NCBI GenBank assembly: GCA_963665385.1
Contig: OY762213.1
Location: 1,058,313 to 1,122,312, forward strand
From: Dehalococcoidia bacterium
GTDB taxonomy: Bacteria; Chloroflexota; Dehalococcoidia; UBA6926
DNA length: 64,000 nt
Direction of reading: 5' to 3'
A program made the translations under genes and the position numbers. This document shows, in pieces, positions 1-9,061 of this stretch. Below the pieces are notes generated by a model that was given only the letters and a program-made list of their open reading frames with translations, ran no database searches and was not told the origin of the DNA. The number at the start of each line of letters is the position of its first letter. Position 1 is the first letter of the stretch.

Positions 1-1337
1 GACGACGTCACTTCCGAACCGATTTCCAGACGCCACCGTTCAACTCCTTGCGGCACTATGTCCACGCCGCTAACACTTCCGCTATTGGCTGCTCCACCAC
101 GCGGCGTCGTCCACAACCCGTTGCCCGCTTGTGCTGTCAGCGTGGTTGTTGGGGGCCCGGTCAACAGGCCGGGAGGCGCGCCGCGGTCGTAGACGAACAG
201 TGCGAGAAGGGCAAGTACGGCAAAAGCGATTGCCCCGCGACGTATCCATTTCTTTTTGGTTCGGTTGCGTTGTGTTTGTTGGGCAAACGCCTCTCCCTCA
301 ATTCGATTCCGCACCGGGGTCTCTCGGATGTCCCGCCAGCACACGGCGCACCGAGTCACGCTTGCAAGATTGATAGTCAGGCACTCCCCGCAAACACGGA
401 ACTCACCCGTTCCATCCCCGTCCGCGCTCACACGCGACGGTTCGAATTGAGCGATGTCGTCCAGGATTTCCTGCCGCGCGGTCTCGTCGGGCACCACAAT
501 CTGCGCATCCGGCATGGAGAGATTGTTCCGAAACTCGAGGAGCGTTTCCCGCATCTCCTGGGCCGATGCGAAGCGTTCATTCGGATCCCACGCAAGCGCC
601 TTGCCGGCAATCTCGTCGAGCGCGGCGGGCAGTGCAGGATTCAGCGCAGTGAGCGGTGCGATGCGCCCCTCCTGCTGCTTCACCCGCACAGTGTCGCGAT
701 TGTTGCCGGTGAAGGGCAGGTGGCCTGTCAGCGTCTCATACAGCACCATCCCGAGTGAGAAGATATCCGACTTTGGCCCAGGCTCGGAACCACGGAGAAC
801 CTCCGGCGCCATGAACGCCGGCAGGGGGATCTGCAGAGACGACTGCAGGCCGCTCATGCTGATAGATAATTCGGACAGCCCGGCGTTCCGGAGTTGCGCG
901 CCGGATACGGGCGTGACGAAGACATCGCGAGAATTAACGTCACCGTGAATGAGACCCGCATCATGCAGCTCCTGCAGCCCCGACGCTGCCTGGGCTACGA
1001 GCTGCAGCGCCTCATCAAGTTGCAGTCCTCGTGTTAGCCATCCACGGAGTTGCTCGCCACGCGCCGGCTCATGCACCATCCAGAATGTCTCGCCATCCGG
1101 GTGGATTTCCAACAACCTGCCGAGATGTGCATGATGGACATCCAGATGCTGCTCCATGAGCGATCGAAAAGGCCCAAGTGTTGCCGCGTTTTCAAGGGCG
1201 CGGACCCGTGGCTCGCGGATTTCTACAGCATCGCCACTTTCGCGTTCGATGGCGGAATAGACTGAATACAGGGATGTCCCGGGCAGGGCGGCAATAATGT
1301 CGTATCGCTCTTGCAGCGACGAGGGCGATGATGTCAT
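1..1337 (-). CDS. Membrane-anchored Ser/Thr protein-kinase-like protein, probably a catalytically degenerate pseudokinase. Partial: the C-terminal extracellular part runs off the window start.
   Basis: My own minus-strand translation starts at an ATG (reverse complement of 1335-1337) and stays open through position 1. The ORF track omits it because it has no stop inside the window. It contains a kinase fold with the APE motif (MAPEVLRGSEPGPKSDIFSLGMVLYETLTG) and a C-helix region, but degenerate catalytic motifs: the G-loop is LPGTSLY, VAIK is replaced by VEIRE, HRD by HGDVNSRD, and there is no DFG. After the kinase domain come a CGEC...C..CW zinc ribbon and a TM helix (IAFAVLALLALFVY). The plus-strand ORFs at 48..758, 454..948 etc. 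lie antisense to this gene. Confidence 0.7.
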   Translation of the reverse strand, partial: MTSSPSSLQERYDIIAALPGTSLYSVYSAIERESGDAVEIREPRVRALENAATLGPFRSLMEQHLDVHHAHLGRLLEIHPDGETFWMVHEPARGEQLRGWLTRGLQLDEALQLVAQAASGLQELHDAGLIHGDVNSRDVFVTPVSGAQLRNAGLSELSISMSGLQSSLQIPLPAFMAPEVLRGSEPGPKSDIFSLGMVLYETLTGHLPFTGNNRDTVRVKQQEGRIAPLTALNPALPAALDEIAGKALAWDPNERFASAQEMRETLLEFRNNLSMPDAQIVVPDETARQEILDDIAQFEPSRVSADGDGTGEFRVCGECLTINLASVTRCAVCWRDIRETPVRNRIEGEAFAQQTQRNRTKKKWIRRGAIAFAVLALLALFVYDRGAPPGLLTGPPTTTLTAQAGNGLWTTPRGGAANSGSVSGVDIVPQGVERWRLEIGSEVTS

Positions 1338-1358
1338 AGGTGTTGCGGCATATTCTAC

Positions 1359-2468
1359 GTGGGTGCGCGTCGCGCGGCAATGTTGGGATTGGGGATTACG
1401 GTGCTGGAAATCTACTACGGCGAGGACGACTATTCCCGCAAGCGCGCCATCGATGCGCTCCGGGAACAGCTTGGCGACCCGGACATGGCCTCCCTCAATA
1501 CCGTGACCCTCAGCGCCACCGACACAACCCCCGCTGAGGTCATAGCCCAGGCCGGAGCGGTGCCTTTCCTGGCAAGCGGTCGCCTCGTCGTTGTTGAAGG
1601 GCTGCTGGCCGTGTTCGCTCGCTCGCAGGGCGGTGCAGGAGGAAGGACCGGGACGGGTGGACGTCGTTCCCGGCAAGCGGCTCTCGACGATTCTCAGCAA
1701 CAATCACCGGACCCATTCCGGGGATGGGGTCAATTGAAGGAGGTCGCTCCCAGCTTGCCGGAATCGAATATCCTCGTGCTCTCAGATGCAAATGCCACGG
1801 ACTCCAATCCGCTGCTCAAACATCTCGCGCCCGTGGCCACCGTCCGCGTATTTGCGCCCCTGAGAGGCAATGACCTGACCAACTGGATTGGCCGGAGCGT
1901 GCAGGAACGGGGAGGCCAAATGGACGGCGCGGCTCAGCGGGCTTTGGGGGACGCGCACGGCAGCAACCTTTGGGCGCTCTCCAATGAGATCGACAAGCTC
2001 ATGCTCTACGCAGGACCTGACAGGCCGATCACGGTTGAGGACGTCACCACAATGACCGGCGCAACGCGCGAGGAAAACATCTTCGCGATGGTTGATGACG
2101 TGATCGAGCGACGCTATCCTCGTGCCCGGGAACGAATCGAAAGGCTGCGGACGGACACCGGAGCGGCCGTACCGCAGATAATGGCCATGCTCGGCACGCA
2201 GGTGAGGCGACTTCTTGCCGCCAAGGACGCGACCGATCGCCACGTTTCACAGGCCGAATTGCAGGAGGCTATCGGCTCACGCTCGGATTTCGCCATCCGC
2301 AAGACCGTGAACCAGAGCCGCAGTTTCACGATGCCTCGCCTGCGTGAGATGCACCGCGCCATCCTGGACTACGATATCGCGCTCAAGACCGGCCAACTCA
2401 ACGAGGATACGGCAATGGAGCTGCTCATCGCAGATCTCTGCGGTGTAGGAGCGACCGGACGCCGTTAG
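1359..2468 (+). CDS. holA: DNA polymerase III delta subunit
   Basis: N-terminal IYYGEDDY...DALREQLG and the overall delta-subunit architecture. The true start may be GTG 1359 or ATG 1380. Divergent from the kinase-like gene. Confidence 0.8.
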   Translation: MGARRAAMLGLGITVLEIYYGEDDYSRKRAIDALREQLGDPDMASLNTVTLSATDTTPAEVIAQAGAVPFLASGRLVVVEGLLAVFARSQGGAGGRTGTGGRRSRQAALDDSQQQSPDPFRGWGQLKEVAPSLPESNILVLSDANATDSNPLLKHLAPVATVRVFAPLRGNDLTNWIGRSVQERGGQMDGAAQRALGDAHGSNLWALSNEIDKLMLYAGPDRPITVEDVTTMTGATREENIFAMVDDVIERRYPRARERIERLRTDTGAAVPQIMAMLGTQVRRLLAAKDATDRHVSQAELQEAIGSRSDFAIRKTVNQSRSFTMPRLREMHRAILDYDIALKTGQLNEDTAMELLIADLCGVGATGRR

Positions 2469-2477
2469 CGTCGAACG

Positions 2478-3473
2478 CTAGCTCGTTCGCTCCTCAGTGA
2501 GCGGGTTATAGCAGGCGAGGGTGTGGCCTTCGTCTATCGTCACCAGCGGCGGCATCGGATTTGTGCGGCAGACCACGGTTGCCTTGTTGCAGCGTGGCAG
2601 GAACGGGCATTCGTCAGGCGCGTCGAGCAGGTCCGGTGGCGCGCCCGGGATGCCGCGCAACGGCCTCATATCCCTGTCCAGACGGGGTATGGCGTTCAAC
2701 AGAGCCGCCGTATAGGGATGCTTGGGGTTGTGGAACAGCGTGACCGTGTCGGCGGACTCCACAATGCGGCCGCCGTACATGACGATCACGTTGTCCGCCG
2801 CACGAGCGAGGACGCCCATGTCGTGAGTGATAAGGATGACTGCTGTCCCCGAGTCTTTAGCCAGTCCCATGATTCGGTCCAGGATCTCGGACTGCAGCGT
2901 CACGTCAAGCGCCGAGGTGGGTTCATCAGCAATGAGGAGCTCAGGCTCCAGTACAAGCATCATTGCCAGCATCACCCTCTGACACATGCCGCCGCTCAAC
3001 TCCCATGGATAGCTCTGCATGACGTGCTCGGGGTCCGGCAGGCCGAGCGAGGAAAGCGCAACCAGCGTCTGTTCTTGAACCTCATCCGCGTCGACGCGCC
3101 CGTGGGCGTTGAATATCTCAGCGATTTGGTCGCCGATGGTGATGAGCGGGTTTAGCGCCGCCTGCGGGTCCTGGAAGATCATCGCCATGGCCTCGCCGCG
3201 CATGATTCGACGATCATCTTCATCCATGTCGTCGAGGTCGGTTCCCCGGAAGCGAATGCGCCCATCCACAACGCGGCCAGGGTAGGGTACGAGTCCCATT
3301 ATCGAGAGGCCGGCTGTCGTCTTGCCGCAGCCGCTCTCACCGACGATGCCCAGGATTTCCCCTGGCCGAACGACAAAGCTCGTATCCTGTACGGCCTTGA
3401 CCGTGCCGGCCTGCGTGAAAAAGGACGTGCGGAGATTCTCGACGCTGAGCAGCGGCTCGATTGACGCAGACAT
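2478..3473 (-). CDS. ABC transporter ATP-binding protein, oligopeptide/dipeptide (DppD/OppD) type with a C-terminal oligo_HPY tail. Orphan: no permease or substrate-binding protein genes adjacent.
   Basis: Walker A GESGCGKTT, signature LSGGMCQRV, Walker B LLIADEPTSALD, and the C-terminal HPYT...CPF..RC motif typical of DppD/OppD. Confidence 0.85.
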   Translation of the reverse strand: MSASIEPLLSVENLRTSFFTQAGTVKAVQDTSFVVRPGEILGIVGESGCGKTTAGLSIMGLVPYPGRVVDGRIRFRGTDLDDMDEDDRRIMRGEAMAMIFQDPQAALNPLITIGDQIAEIFNAHGRVDADEVQEQTLVALSSLGLPDPEHVMQSYPWELSGGMCQRVMLAMMLVLEPELLIADEPTSALDVTLQSEILDRIMGLAKDSGTAVILITHDMGVLARAADNVIVMYGGRIVESADTVTLFHNPKHPYTAALLNAIPRLDRDMRPLRGIPGAPPDLLDAPDECPFLPRCNKATVVCRTNPMPPLVTIDEGHTLACYNPLTEERTS

Positions 3474-3508
3474 GCGCTAAGGTTACGGCAAGGGGGCAAG
3501 GCGCGCCA

Positions 3509-3537
3509 TTGACATGAGCGCGCGCGCGTACATAGAG
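3509..3537 (+). promoter_or_regulatory. Candidate sigma70-like promoter of the nuo operon: TTGACA at 3509-3514, followed by an alternating GC tract and a weak -10.
   Basis: ttgacatgagcgcgcgcgcgtacatagag lies about 50 nt upstream of the nuoA start. -35 is perfect, -10 is poor. The alternating gcgcgcgcgcg tract is Z-DNA-prone. Confidence 0.3.
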
Positions 3538-3586
3538 TGGGCTATGGCGGCAAGCGGAACCCAACCTGCCTGAAGGAGCCACCAGC

Positions 3587-3979
3587 GTGGTTGAGAGTGG
3601 CAAGTATTGGATTATCGCGGCTATGGCAGTTGCCGCCGTTCTCGTTCCCCTGAGCCTCATGATTTTCTCCGGGATGCTTCAACGCATCCGAATTCGCCCT
3701 TCAACTCCCGCCGACCAGGAACCCCGTTTCATGCGAATGACGTATGAGTCCGGCATGGTTCCGACGGGCGATGCGAATGTCCAATTCAACTTCCGCTTCT
3801 ATCTTTTTGCTCTTCTCTTCGTCATCTTTGACGTTGAAGTGATTTTTCTCCTGCCTTGGGCAGCGCGATTCCTCTCAATGGGGTGGGTGGCGTTCATCGG
3901 CATGGCGATATTCTTACTACTTGTGCTCGTTGGATTTCTCTATGAATGGAAGAAGGAGGCGCTTGAGTGGCAGAAATGA
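3587..3979 (+). CDS. nuoA: NADH-quinone oxidoreductase subunit A
   Basis: NuoA signature [26 protein letters not shown]; first gene of the nuo cluster. Confidence 0.9.
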   Translation: MVESGKYWIIAAMAVAAVLVPLSLMIFSGMLQRIRIRPSTPADQEPRFMRMTYESGMVPTGDANVQFNFRFYLFALLFVIFDVEVIFLLPWAARFLSMGWVAFIGMAIFLLLVLVGFLYEWKKEALEWQK

Positions 3980-4632
3980 TTCCGACGCCGCCCGGGCCTG
4001 AACAGCTGCCGTCGCCCTACGGCATCCCCCTCACCGTCACAACCAACCAGATGGACAACGAGGAGGGGGAGGTCATCGAGAGGCTGCGGGCCCTCGCGAC
4101 AGAGCAGCATGTCGATGAGCCTATCGAGGTCCCGGAGTCACTAAAGCGATCCGTGCTCGTCACGTCGCTTGATGCGCTGCTGGATTGGGGACGCTCCAAC
4201 TCCGTGTGGCCGGTGACGCTCGGCCTCGCCTGCTGTGCCTTTGAAATGATTGCCGCTGTTATGCCGCGTTTCGACCAGGCGCGCTTCGGCATGGAGATAT
4301 TCCGGGCATCGCCGCGGCAGGCCGACTTGATGATTGTCTCCGGCACCGTGACGTGGAAGATGGCGCCCGTTGTCCGCCGCATCTATGAGCAGATGCCTAA
4401 TCCCAAGTGGGTTATCTCCATGGGCGTTTGCGCCACGAGCGGCGGGCCATATTTCCAGGGCTACAGCGTCGTTCCGGGCGTCAACCGGCTTGTGCCGGTT
4501 GACGTGTATGTGCCCGGCTGCCCGCCGCGGCCCGACGCGCTTCTCCACGGCTTACTCAAGCTCCAGGAAAAGATCAAGCGTGAATCGCTCGTCCGCGAGA
4601 AAGAGCCGCGCCTGAGAAAGCTCATCTCCTGA
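3967..4632 (+). CDS. nuoB: NADH-quinone oxidoreductase subunit B
   Basis: CCAFEM...[10 protein letters not shown]...VPGCPPRP Fe-S motifs of NuoB. GTG start overlaps the nuoA end and has a GGAGG Shine-Dalgarno. Confidence 0.92.
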   Translation: MAEMIPTPPGPEQLPSPYGIPLTVTTNQMDNEEGEVIERLRALATEQHVDEPIEVPESLKRSVLVTSLDALLDWGRSNSVWPVTLGLACCAFEMIAAVMPRFDQARFGMEIFRASPRQADLMIVSGTVTWKMAPVVRRIYEQMPNPKWVISMGVCATSGGPYFQGYSVVPGVNRLVPVDVYVPGCPPRPDALLHGLLKLQEKIKRESLVREKEPRLRKLIS

Positions 4633-4638
4633 GGCCGC

Positions 4639-5079
4639 ATGACAATCGCCCTTTCAGGTCACGACATAGCAGAGAAACTCCGCGCCGTCCTGCCGGATGC
4701 AGTCGAAGAGGAGCGCGAGGAGTGGGTCGTCGTTTCCCCTGATTCCATTGCCGAAGTCTGTCGGATCCTGCGCGACAACGATGAGACCGATTTCCGGATG
4801 CTGCGCTCGATCGATGCCGTCGACTTCATCGACCGTTTCGAGTTGCGCTACGGCCTCTTGTCGATCCGCCGAAATCAGGAGGCAACACTGAAAGTCCGCG
4901 TGTGGGGCAGGGACGAACTCAGCGTGCCATCGGTAACGCCGGTGTGGGAGGGGGCGAACCTCCAGGAACGCGAGATCTATGACCTATTTGGGATCGAATT
5001 CGAGGGCCACCCGAACATGAAGCGGATTCTGCTTTGGGAGGGGTTTCCAGGCCATCCTTTGAGGAAAGATTTCTCATAG
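4639..5079 (+). CDS. nuoC: NADH-quinone oxidoreductase subunit C (30 kDa)
   Basis: EREIYDLFGIEFEGHPNMKRILL...FPGHPLRKDF is the NuoC signature. Confidence 0.9.
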   Translation: MTIALSGHDIAEKLRAVLPDAVEEEREEWVVVSPDSIAEVCRILRDNDETDFRMLRSIDAVDFIDRFELRYGLLSIRRNQEATLKVRVWGRDELSVPSVTPVWEGANLQEREIYDLFGIEFEGHPNMKRILLWEGFPGHPLRKDFS

Positions 5080-5085
5080 GGCGGC

Positions 5086-6222
5086 ATGGCAGTGACCTCT
5101 GAAATGAACAGCGATAACGCCAACTACGATATCGAGCCGGTACTGCTCAACCTGGGGCCGCAGCACCCGTCCACACACGGCGTATTCCGCATCCGGGCGC
5201 TGTTGGACGGCGAGGAGGTCGTGGACGTTGAGCCGGTGTTCGGTTACCTGCATCGCGGCAGCTCCAAGCTCGCAGAGGAGCGCAGCTATACGCAGGTCAT
5301 CACACTGACGGATCGCCTGGATTACCTCTCCGGGATGACTAACAATCTGGCCTATGTTCGCGCCGTTGAGGCGTTGGCGGGCGTAGAGGTGCCGGAGCGG
5401 GCGCAGTATCTCCGCGTGATGACCGCCGAGCTGATGCGAATCGCCAGTCATCTGATGGCGCTCGGTTTTCTCATCAACGACCTCGGCGCGTGGGTCACTC
5501 CACTCATGCACATGTTCCGCGAACGTGAGAAGGTGCTCGATCTCTTTGAGATGATCTGCGGAGCGCGCATCACGTTCAGCTATATGAGGATCGGCGGCGT
5601 GTCCCATGACCTGCCGCCCGGATTTGACGTGGCCGTCAACGGATTCCTGGACGACTTCGAGGACCGCGTGGCGGAGTACGAGAAGCTGCTGCTTGGGAAC
5701 GAGATTCTCATCTCACGGATGAAGGGCATTGCGCCACTTACCGGCGAGCGCGCCATTGAATGCTCTGTCACCGGCCCCAACCTCCGCGCCTCCGGTGTTG
5801 ATTTCGATCTCCGTAAGCAGGCGCCGTATGAAGTCTACGACCGCATGAACTTTGACGTTCCCGTGACGCAGAATGGCGACAACTGGGACCGAATGTGGGT
5901 GCGGCTGCAGGAGATGAAAGAGTCGGCCAAGATGGTGCGGCAGTGCATGGCGGAATTGCCGGACGGCATCACGCGCACGGAGGCGGATTTTTTCATTCGC
6001 CCGCCCGTCGGTGAGGTCTACAGCGGCATTGAGGCCACCAAGGGAGAACTCGGCTTTTATCTCGTCAGCGACGGCACAATTGCGCCGTACCGCTGCGGCA
6101 TCCGTGCCCCTTCATTCATCAACCTCACCGTGCTACGCGAACTGTGCATCGGCTGGAAGTTGGCCGATCTCATCGTCAATTTCGGGACCCTGGATATCAA
6201 TGTTGGTGAGGTTGACCGATGA
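5086..6222 (+). CDS. nuoD: NADH-quinone oxidoreductase subunit D (49 kDa)
   Basis: LNLGPQHPSTHGVFRIRALLDGEEV...YLHRG is the NuoD signature. Followed directly by nuoH, with no nuoE/F/G. Confidence 0.93.
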   Translation: MAVTSEMNSDNANYDIEPVLLNLGPQHPSTHGVFRIRALLDGEEVVDVEPVFGYLHRGSSKLAEERSYTQVITLTDRLDYLSGMTNNLAYVRAVEALAGVEVPERAQYLRVMTAELMRIASHLMALGFLINDLGAWVTPLMHMFREREKVLDLFEMICGARITFSYMRIGGVSHDLPPGFDVAVNGFLDDFEDRVAEYEKLLLGNEILISRMKGIAPLTGERAIECSVTGPNLRASGVDFDLRKQAPYEVYDRMNFDVPVTQNGDNWDRMWVRLQEMKESAKMVRQCMAELPDGITRTEADFFIRPPVGEVYSGIEATKGELGFYLVSDGTIAPYRCGIRAPSFINLTVLRELCIGWKLADLIVNFGTLDINVGEVDR

Positions 6223-7382
6223 TTGCCGACCTCACTCGTGATTTTCTGGAAAACTATCTGTCGACCGACATTGTCGACATCCTGATGCCGCTGCTGGGCT
6301 TGTTTATCGTCGTCAATATTCTGCTCGGCAGCGCGGTTATGCTGACCTACGCCGAGCGCCGCCTCGTCGCCCGAATGCAGAATCGCATCGGCCCGAACCG
6401 GGTTGGTCCGTTCGGCCTGCTGCAGGGCGTGGCCGATCTCATGAAGCTGGTGCTCAAGGAAGACCTGACGCCGCGGGCGGCAGACAGGCTTGTCTTTCTC
6501 ATCGCGCCGATCCTCTTCTTTGCACCAGCCATCGCGCTATTTGCCGTCGTTCCGTTCTTTGATGGGTGGACCGTAGCCGATCTGGACGCGGGCATTGTCT
6601 ATGTGATTGCCGTAACGTCCATATCGTCACTTGCGGCGTTTGCGGCGGGGTGGGCCTCGAACAACAAGTACTCGCTGTACGGCGCAGTGCGCGGCGTGGC
6701 GCAGCTTGTCAGCTACGAAGTGCCGCTGATCCTTGCGGTCACATCCGTGATTCTCCTTTCCGGTTCGTTGAACCTGCAGGAGATCGTTGAAGCGCAGGGC
6801 ATCCCGTTCGTGCTGGTGCAGCCTCTTGGATTCCTCATCATGTTGATTGCTGTCACCGCGGAGCTGAACCGAACGCCCTTTGACATCAACGAAGCAGAGT
6901 CGGAGATCGTGGCCGGTTTCCACACGGAGTACACAGGCACCAAGTTCGCGCTCATCTACGGCGCGGAGTATGTGGCGGCACTGGGCTGGTCGGCGGTCAT
7001 CGTCACCCTGTTCTTCGCGGGCTGGAAGCCGGACCTTGGCGGCATCATCTGGTTCGGCATCAAGACGTCGGCGATTGTATTCCTGTTCTTCTGGTTCCGT
7101 GGCACGTGGCCGCGTGTACGCATCGACCAGATGTTGGCGCTTGCGTGGAAGCTTCTGTTCCCGCTGGCGACGATAAACATTCTCGTCACGGCGGGCGAGG
7201 TGCTGGCGATGCAGGCGCTGTTCTCGCTCGAGCCGGGCGAGGCTCTGCCGGTCGCTGCGTTGGCCATCATCGCCGCGATCAACATCGGCCTGACCGTCGC
7301 GGTGCTGGCGCTGCTTGCACGAGTGCCGGGCCTTGCGAAGTTCGATCAACAGCTGGCGGCCCCGGCCGGGGCGAAGGTGTAG
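6219..7382 (+). CDS. nuoH: NADH-quinone oxidoreductase subunit H
   Basis: TYAERRLVARMQNRIGPNRVGPFGLLQ...MKLVLKEDL is the NuoH/ND1 signature. Overlaps the nuoD stop. Confidence 0.93.
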   Translation: MIADLTRDFLENYLSTDIVDILMPLLGLFIVVNILLGSAVMLTYAERRLVARMQNRIGPNRVGPFGLLQGVADLMKLVLKEDLTPRAADRLVFLIAPILFFAPAIALFAVVPFFDGWTVADLDAGIVYVIAVTSISSLAAFAAGWASNNKYSLYGAVRGVAQLVSYEVPLILAVTSVILLSGSLNLQEIVEAQGIPFVLVQPLGFLIMLIAVTAELNRTPFDINEAESEIVAGFHTEYTGTKFALIYGAEYVAALGWSAVIVTLFFAGWKPDLGGIIWFGIKTSAIVFLFFWFRGTWPRVRIDQMLALAWKLLFPLATINILVTAGEVLAMQALFSLEPGEALPVAALAIIAAINIGLTVAVLALLARVPGLAKFDQQLAAPAGAKV

Positions 7383-7392
7383 GAGGCAGGCC

Positions 7393-7899
7393 ATGGCTCT
7401 ATTTGGCACGGGAGCGATCAAGGGGCTGATGGTGACGCTCGGCTACATCCGCCGCAAGCCGTTCACCACCCAATACCCGGAGGAAAAGCTGGAGCAGTCG
7501 CCACGATTCCGCGGCAACACATTCGTCTGGTACGAGGAGCGCTGCACCGGCTGCGCTACGTGCGCCAAGGGATGCCCGCTCGGCATCATCCGCATCGTCA
7601 CGCACCCGGAGCCGCACTCACAGGTCGGCAGCGACTATCACGTCGATGTTTTCGACATCGACACAGGTCGCTGCATGTTCTGCGCCCTGTGCGTTGAGGT
7701 CTGCCCCTACGACGCGTTGCACATGGGCGGTGATTTTGAGCAGGCGTCATATGGGCGTGAAGACATGGTTATTAGCGTTGAGGATCTCAAGGCGATGCCC
7801 AAGAAGCCGCGCACGCAATTCCGACCGCAGATGGAGATGATCGGCCACACGGGCAAGGACGAACTTGAGGAGCATGAGGCGGGGCGGTGGTCACTCTAG
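7393..7899 (+). CDS. nuoI: NADH-quinone oxidoreductase subunit I (2x[4Fe-4S] ferredoxin)
   Basis: CTGCATCAKGCP and CMFCALCVEVCP cluster motifs. ATG at 7393 is preceded by AGGAGG. The longer track ORF from 7315 is an in-frame upstream extension. Confidence 0.9.
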   Translation: MALFGTGAIKGLMVTLGYIRRKPFTTQYPEEKLEQSPRFRGNTFVWYEERCTGCATCAKGCPLGIIRIVTHPEPHSQVGSDYHVDVFDIDTGRCMFCALCVEVCPYDALHMGGDFEQASYGREDMVISVEDLKAMPKKPRTQFRPQMEMIGHTGKDELEEHEAGRWSL

Positions 7900-8390
7900 C
7901 GTTCTTCTTTCTAGCCACCGCAGCGATGATCGGCGCGCTTGCCGTCGTGACTGCGCGCAATCTTTTCTACGCGGCCCTCGGCCTGCTTGTCAGCCTGGCC
8001 GCCGTGGCGGGTATCTATATCACGCTTGATGCTGATTTCCTCGCGCTGGCGCAGTTCCTCATCTATGTGGGCGGCATCGCCGTCCTGATCGTGTTCGCCG
8101 TGATGATGACGGCGCAGATAAACCGCGCGAGCAGTTCGCATCGTCTCTGGCCGTTGGGACTACTGACCGGCGCGGCGACGCTGGCCGGGCTGGCCTACAT
8201 CATGATGACGACGGAATGGCGCAGCGAGGGCAGGGGCGAGACGATTTCGCCCATGGTGGGCGACGCTGCGTCCCCCGGCGTCCATCTACCGGATTTGTTG
8301 TTCAGCACGTATCTCTTGCCGTTTGAGTTGGCAGGACTTTTGCTACTTGTGGCGACGATTGGCGCGCTCGTGATCGCGCGGGAGCGGTGA
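7887..8390 (+). CDS. nuoJ: NADH-quinone oxidoreductase subunit J
   Basis: Hydrophobic NuoJ-like sequence (FLATAAMIGALAVVTARN...FLIYVGGIAVLIVF) in the correct operon position. Confidence 0.88.
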   Translation: MVTLAFFFLATAAMIGALAVVTARNLFYAALGLLVSLAAVAGIYITLDADFLALAQFLIYVGGIAVLIVFAVMMTAQINRASSSHRLWPLGLLTGAATLAGLAYIMMTTEWRSEGRGETISPMVGDAASPGVHLPDLLFSTYLLPFELAGLLLLVATIGALVIARER

Positions 8391-8404
8391 GGCAGGGCAG
8401 GGGA

Positions 8405-8716
8405 ATGGACACTCTCGCGCTCGAACACTATCTCCTGCTTTCAGTCGGGCTGTTCGCTGTTGGGCTGGTCGGAGTGCTCGCCAAGCGGAACGTCATCGTA
8501 ATCCTCATGTCCATTGAGCTGATGCTGAACGGTGTGAACGTGGCCCTGGTAGCGTTCTCGCGCTATTCGCCGGTGGATGAGCTGGCGGGCCATATCTTTG
8601 CGATATTCATCATCACCGTGGCGGCGGCTGAGGTTGCCATCGGCTTGGCGATTCTGCTGACTCTATTTGCGCGGCGGAACACGGTGGATGCGGCAGAGAT
8701 CAACTTGTTGAAGTGA
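8405..8716 (+). CDS. nuoK: NADH-quinone oxidoreductase subunit K
   Basis: ALEHYLLLSVGLFAVGLVGVLAKRNVIVILMSIELMLNGVN is the NuoK signature. ATG 8405 has a good Shine-Dalgarno; GTG 8387 is an alternative start. Confidence 0.9.
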   Translation: MDTLALEHYLLLSVGLFAVGLVGVLAKRNVIVILMSIELMLNGVNVALVAFSRYSPVDELAGHIFAIFIITVAAAEVAIGLAILLTLFARRNTVDAAEINLLK

Positions 8717-8732
8717 CGAACTGGAAAGAGAT

Positions 8733-8927
8733 ATGTGGGTTGAATTCAAACGGGTAAAGGGACTGAAGGCCGCGGAGATGTGGAAGACCCTCTACGAGGG
8801 AGAAGGGCTGCCGACCCGCATCATGCCCGACCGCGTGGAGCAGTGGGGCGACGAATTCGCCGAGTTCAAGGTCTGTGTCCCCCGCGCCCGGGAGCACGTC
8901 GCTGAAGAAATCGAGCGGAAGGTTTAG
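8733..8927 (+). CDS. Small hydrophilic hypothetical protein (64 aa) inserted between nuoK and nuoL
   Basis: Intact ORF MWVEFKRVKGLKAAEMWKTLYEGEGLPTRIMPDRVEQWGDEFAEFKVCVPRAREHVAEEIERKV. Same strand, starts 17 nt after nuoK, normal GC. I recognise no homology; coding status unproven. Confidence 0.4.
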   Translation: MWVEFKRVKGLKAAEMWKTLYEGEGLPTRIMPDRVEQWGDEFAEFKVCVPRAREHVAEEIERKV

Positions 8928-8963
8928 CACGACCCATGCTCAGCACACAGGGGAACCTTCACC

Positions 8964-9055
8964 GCCAAACGGTGGAACTAATGCGAGAGGCCCAGCTGAA
9001 CACGCAGCGAAATCTTCACCGCAGAACACTGAAAATAATGCAAGAGGCTAAAGCT
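8964..9055 (+). repeat. Two imperfect direct repeats of about 39 bp, spaced about 53 bp apart, in the nuoK-nuoL intergenic region
   Basis: aaccttcaccgccaaacggtggaactaatgcgagaggcc versus aatcttcaccgcagaacactgaaaataatgcaagaggct, about 30/39 identical. The first copy contains a short hairpin, caccg-ccaaa-cggtg. Confidence 0.5.
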
Positions 9056-9061
9056 TAAGAG

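Noticed and set aside
48-948. Plus-strand ORFs 48..758 and 454..948 from the provided track
   Set aside because: They are antisense to a much more convincing minus-strand kinase-like gene and have no recognisable features. Spurious long ORFs like this are typical of high-GC DNA.
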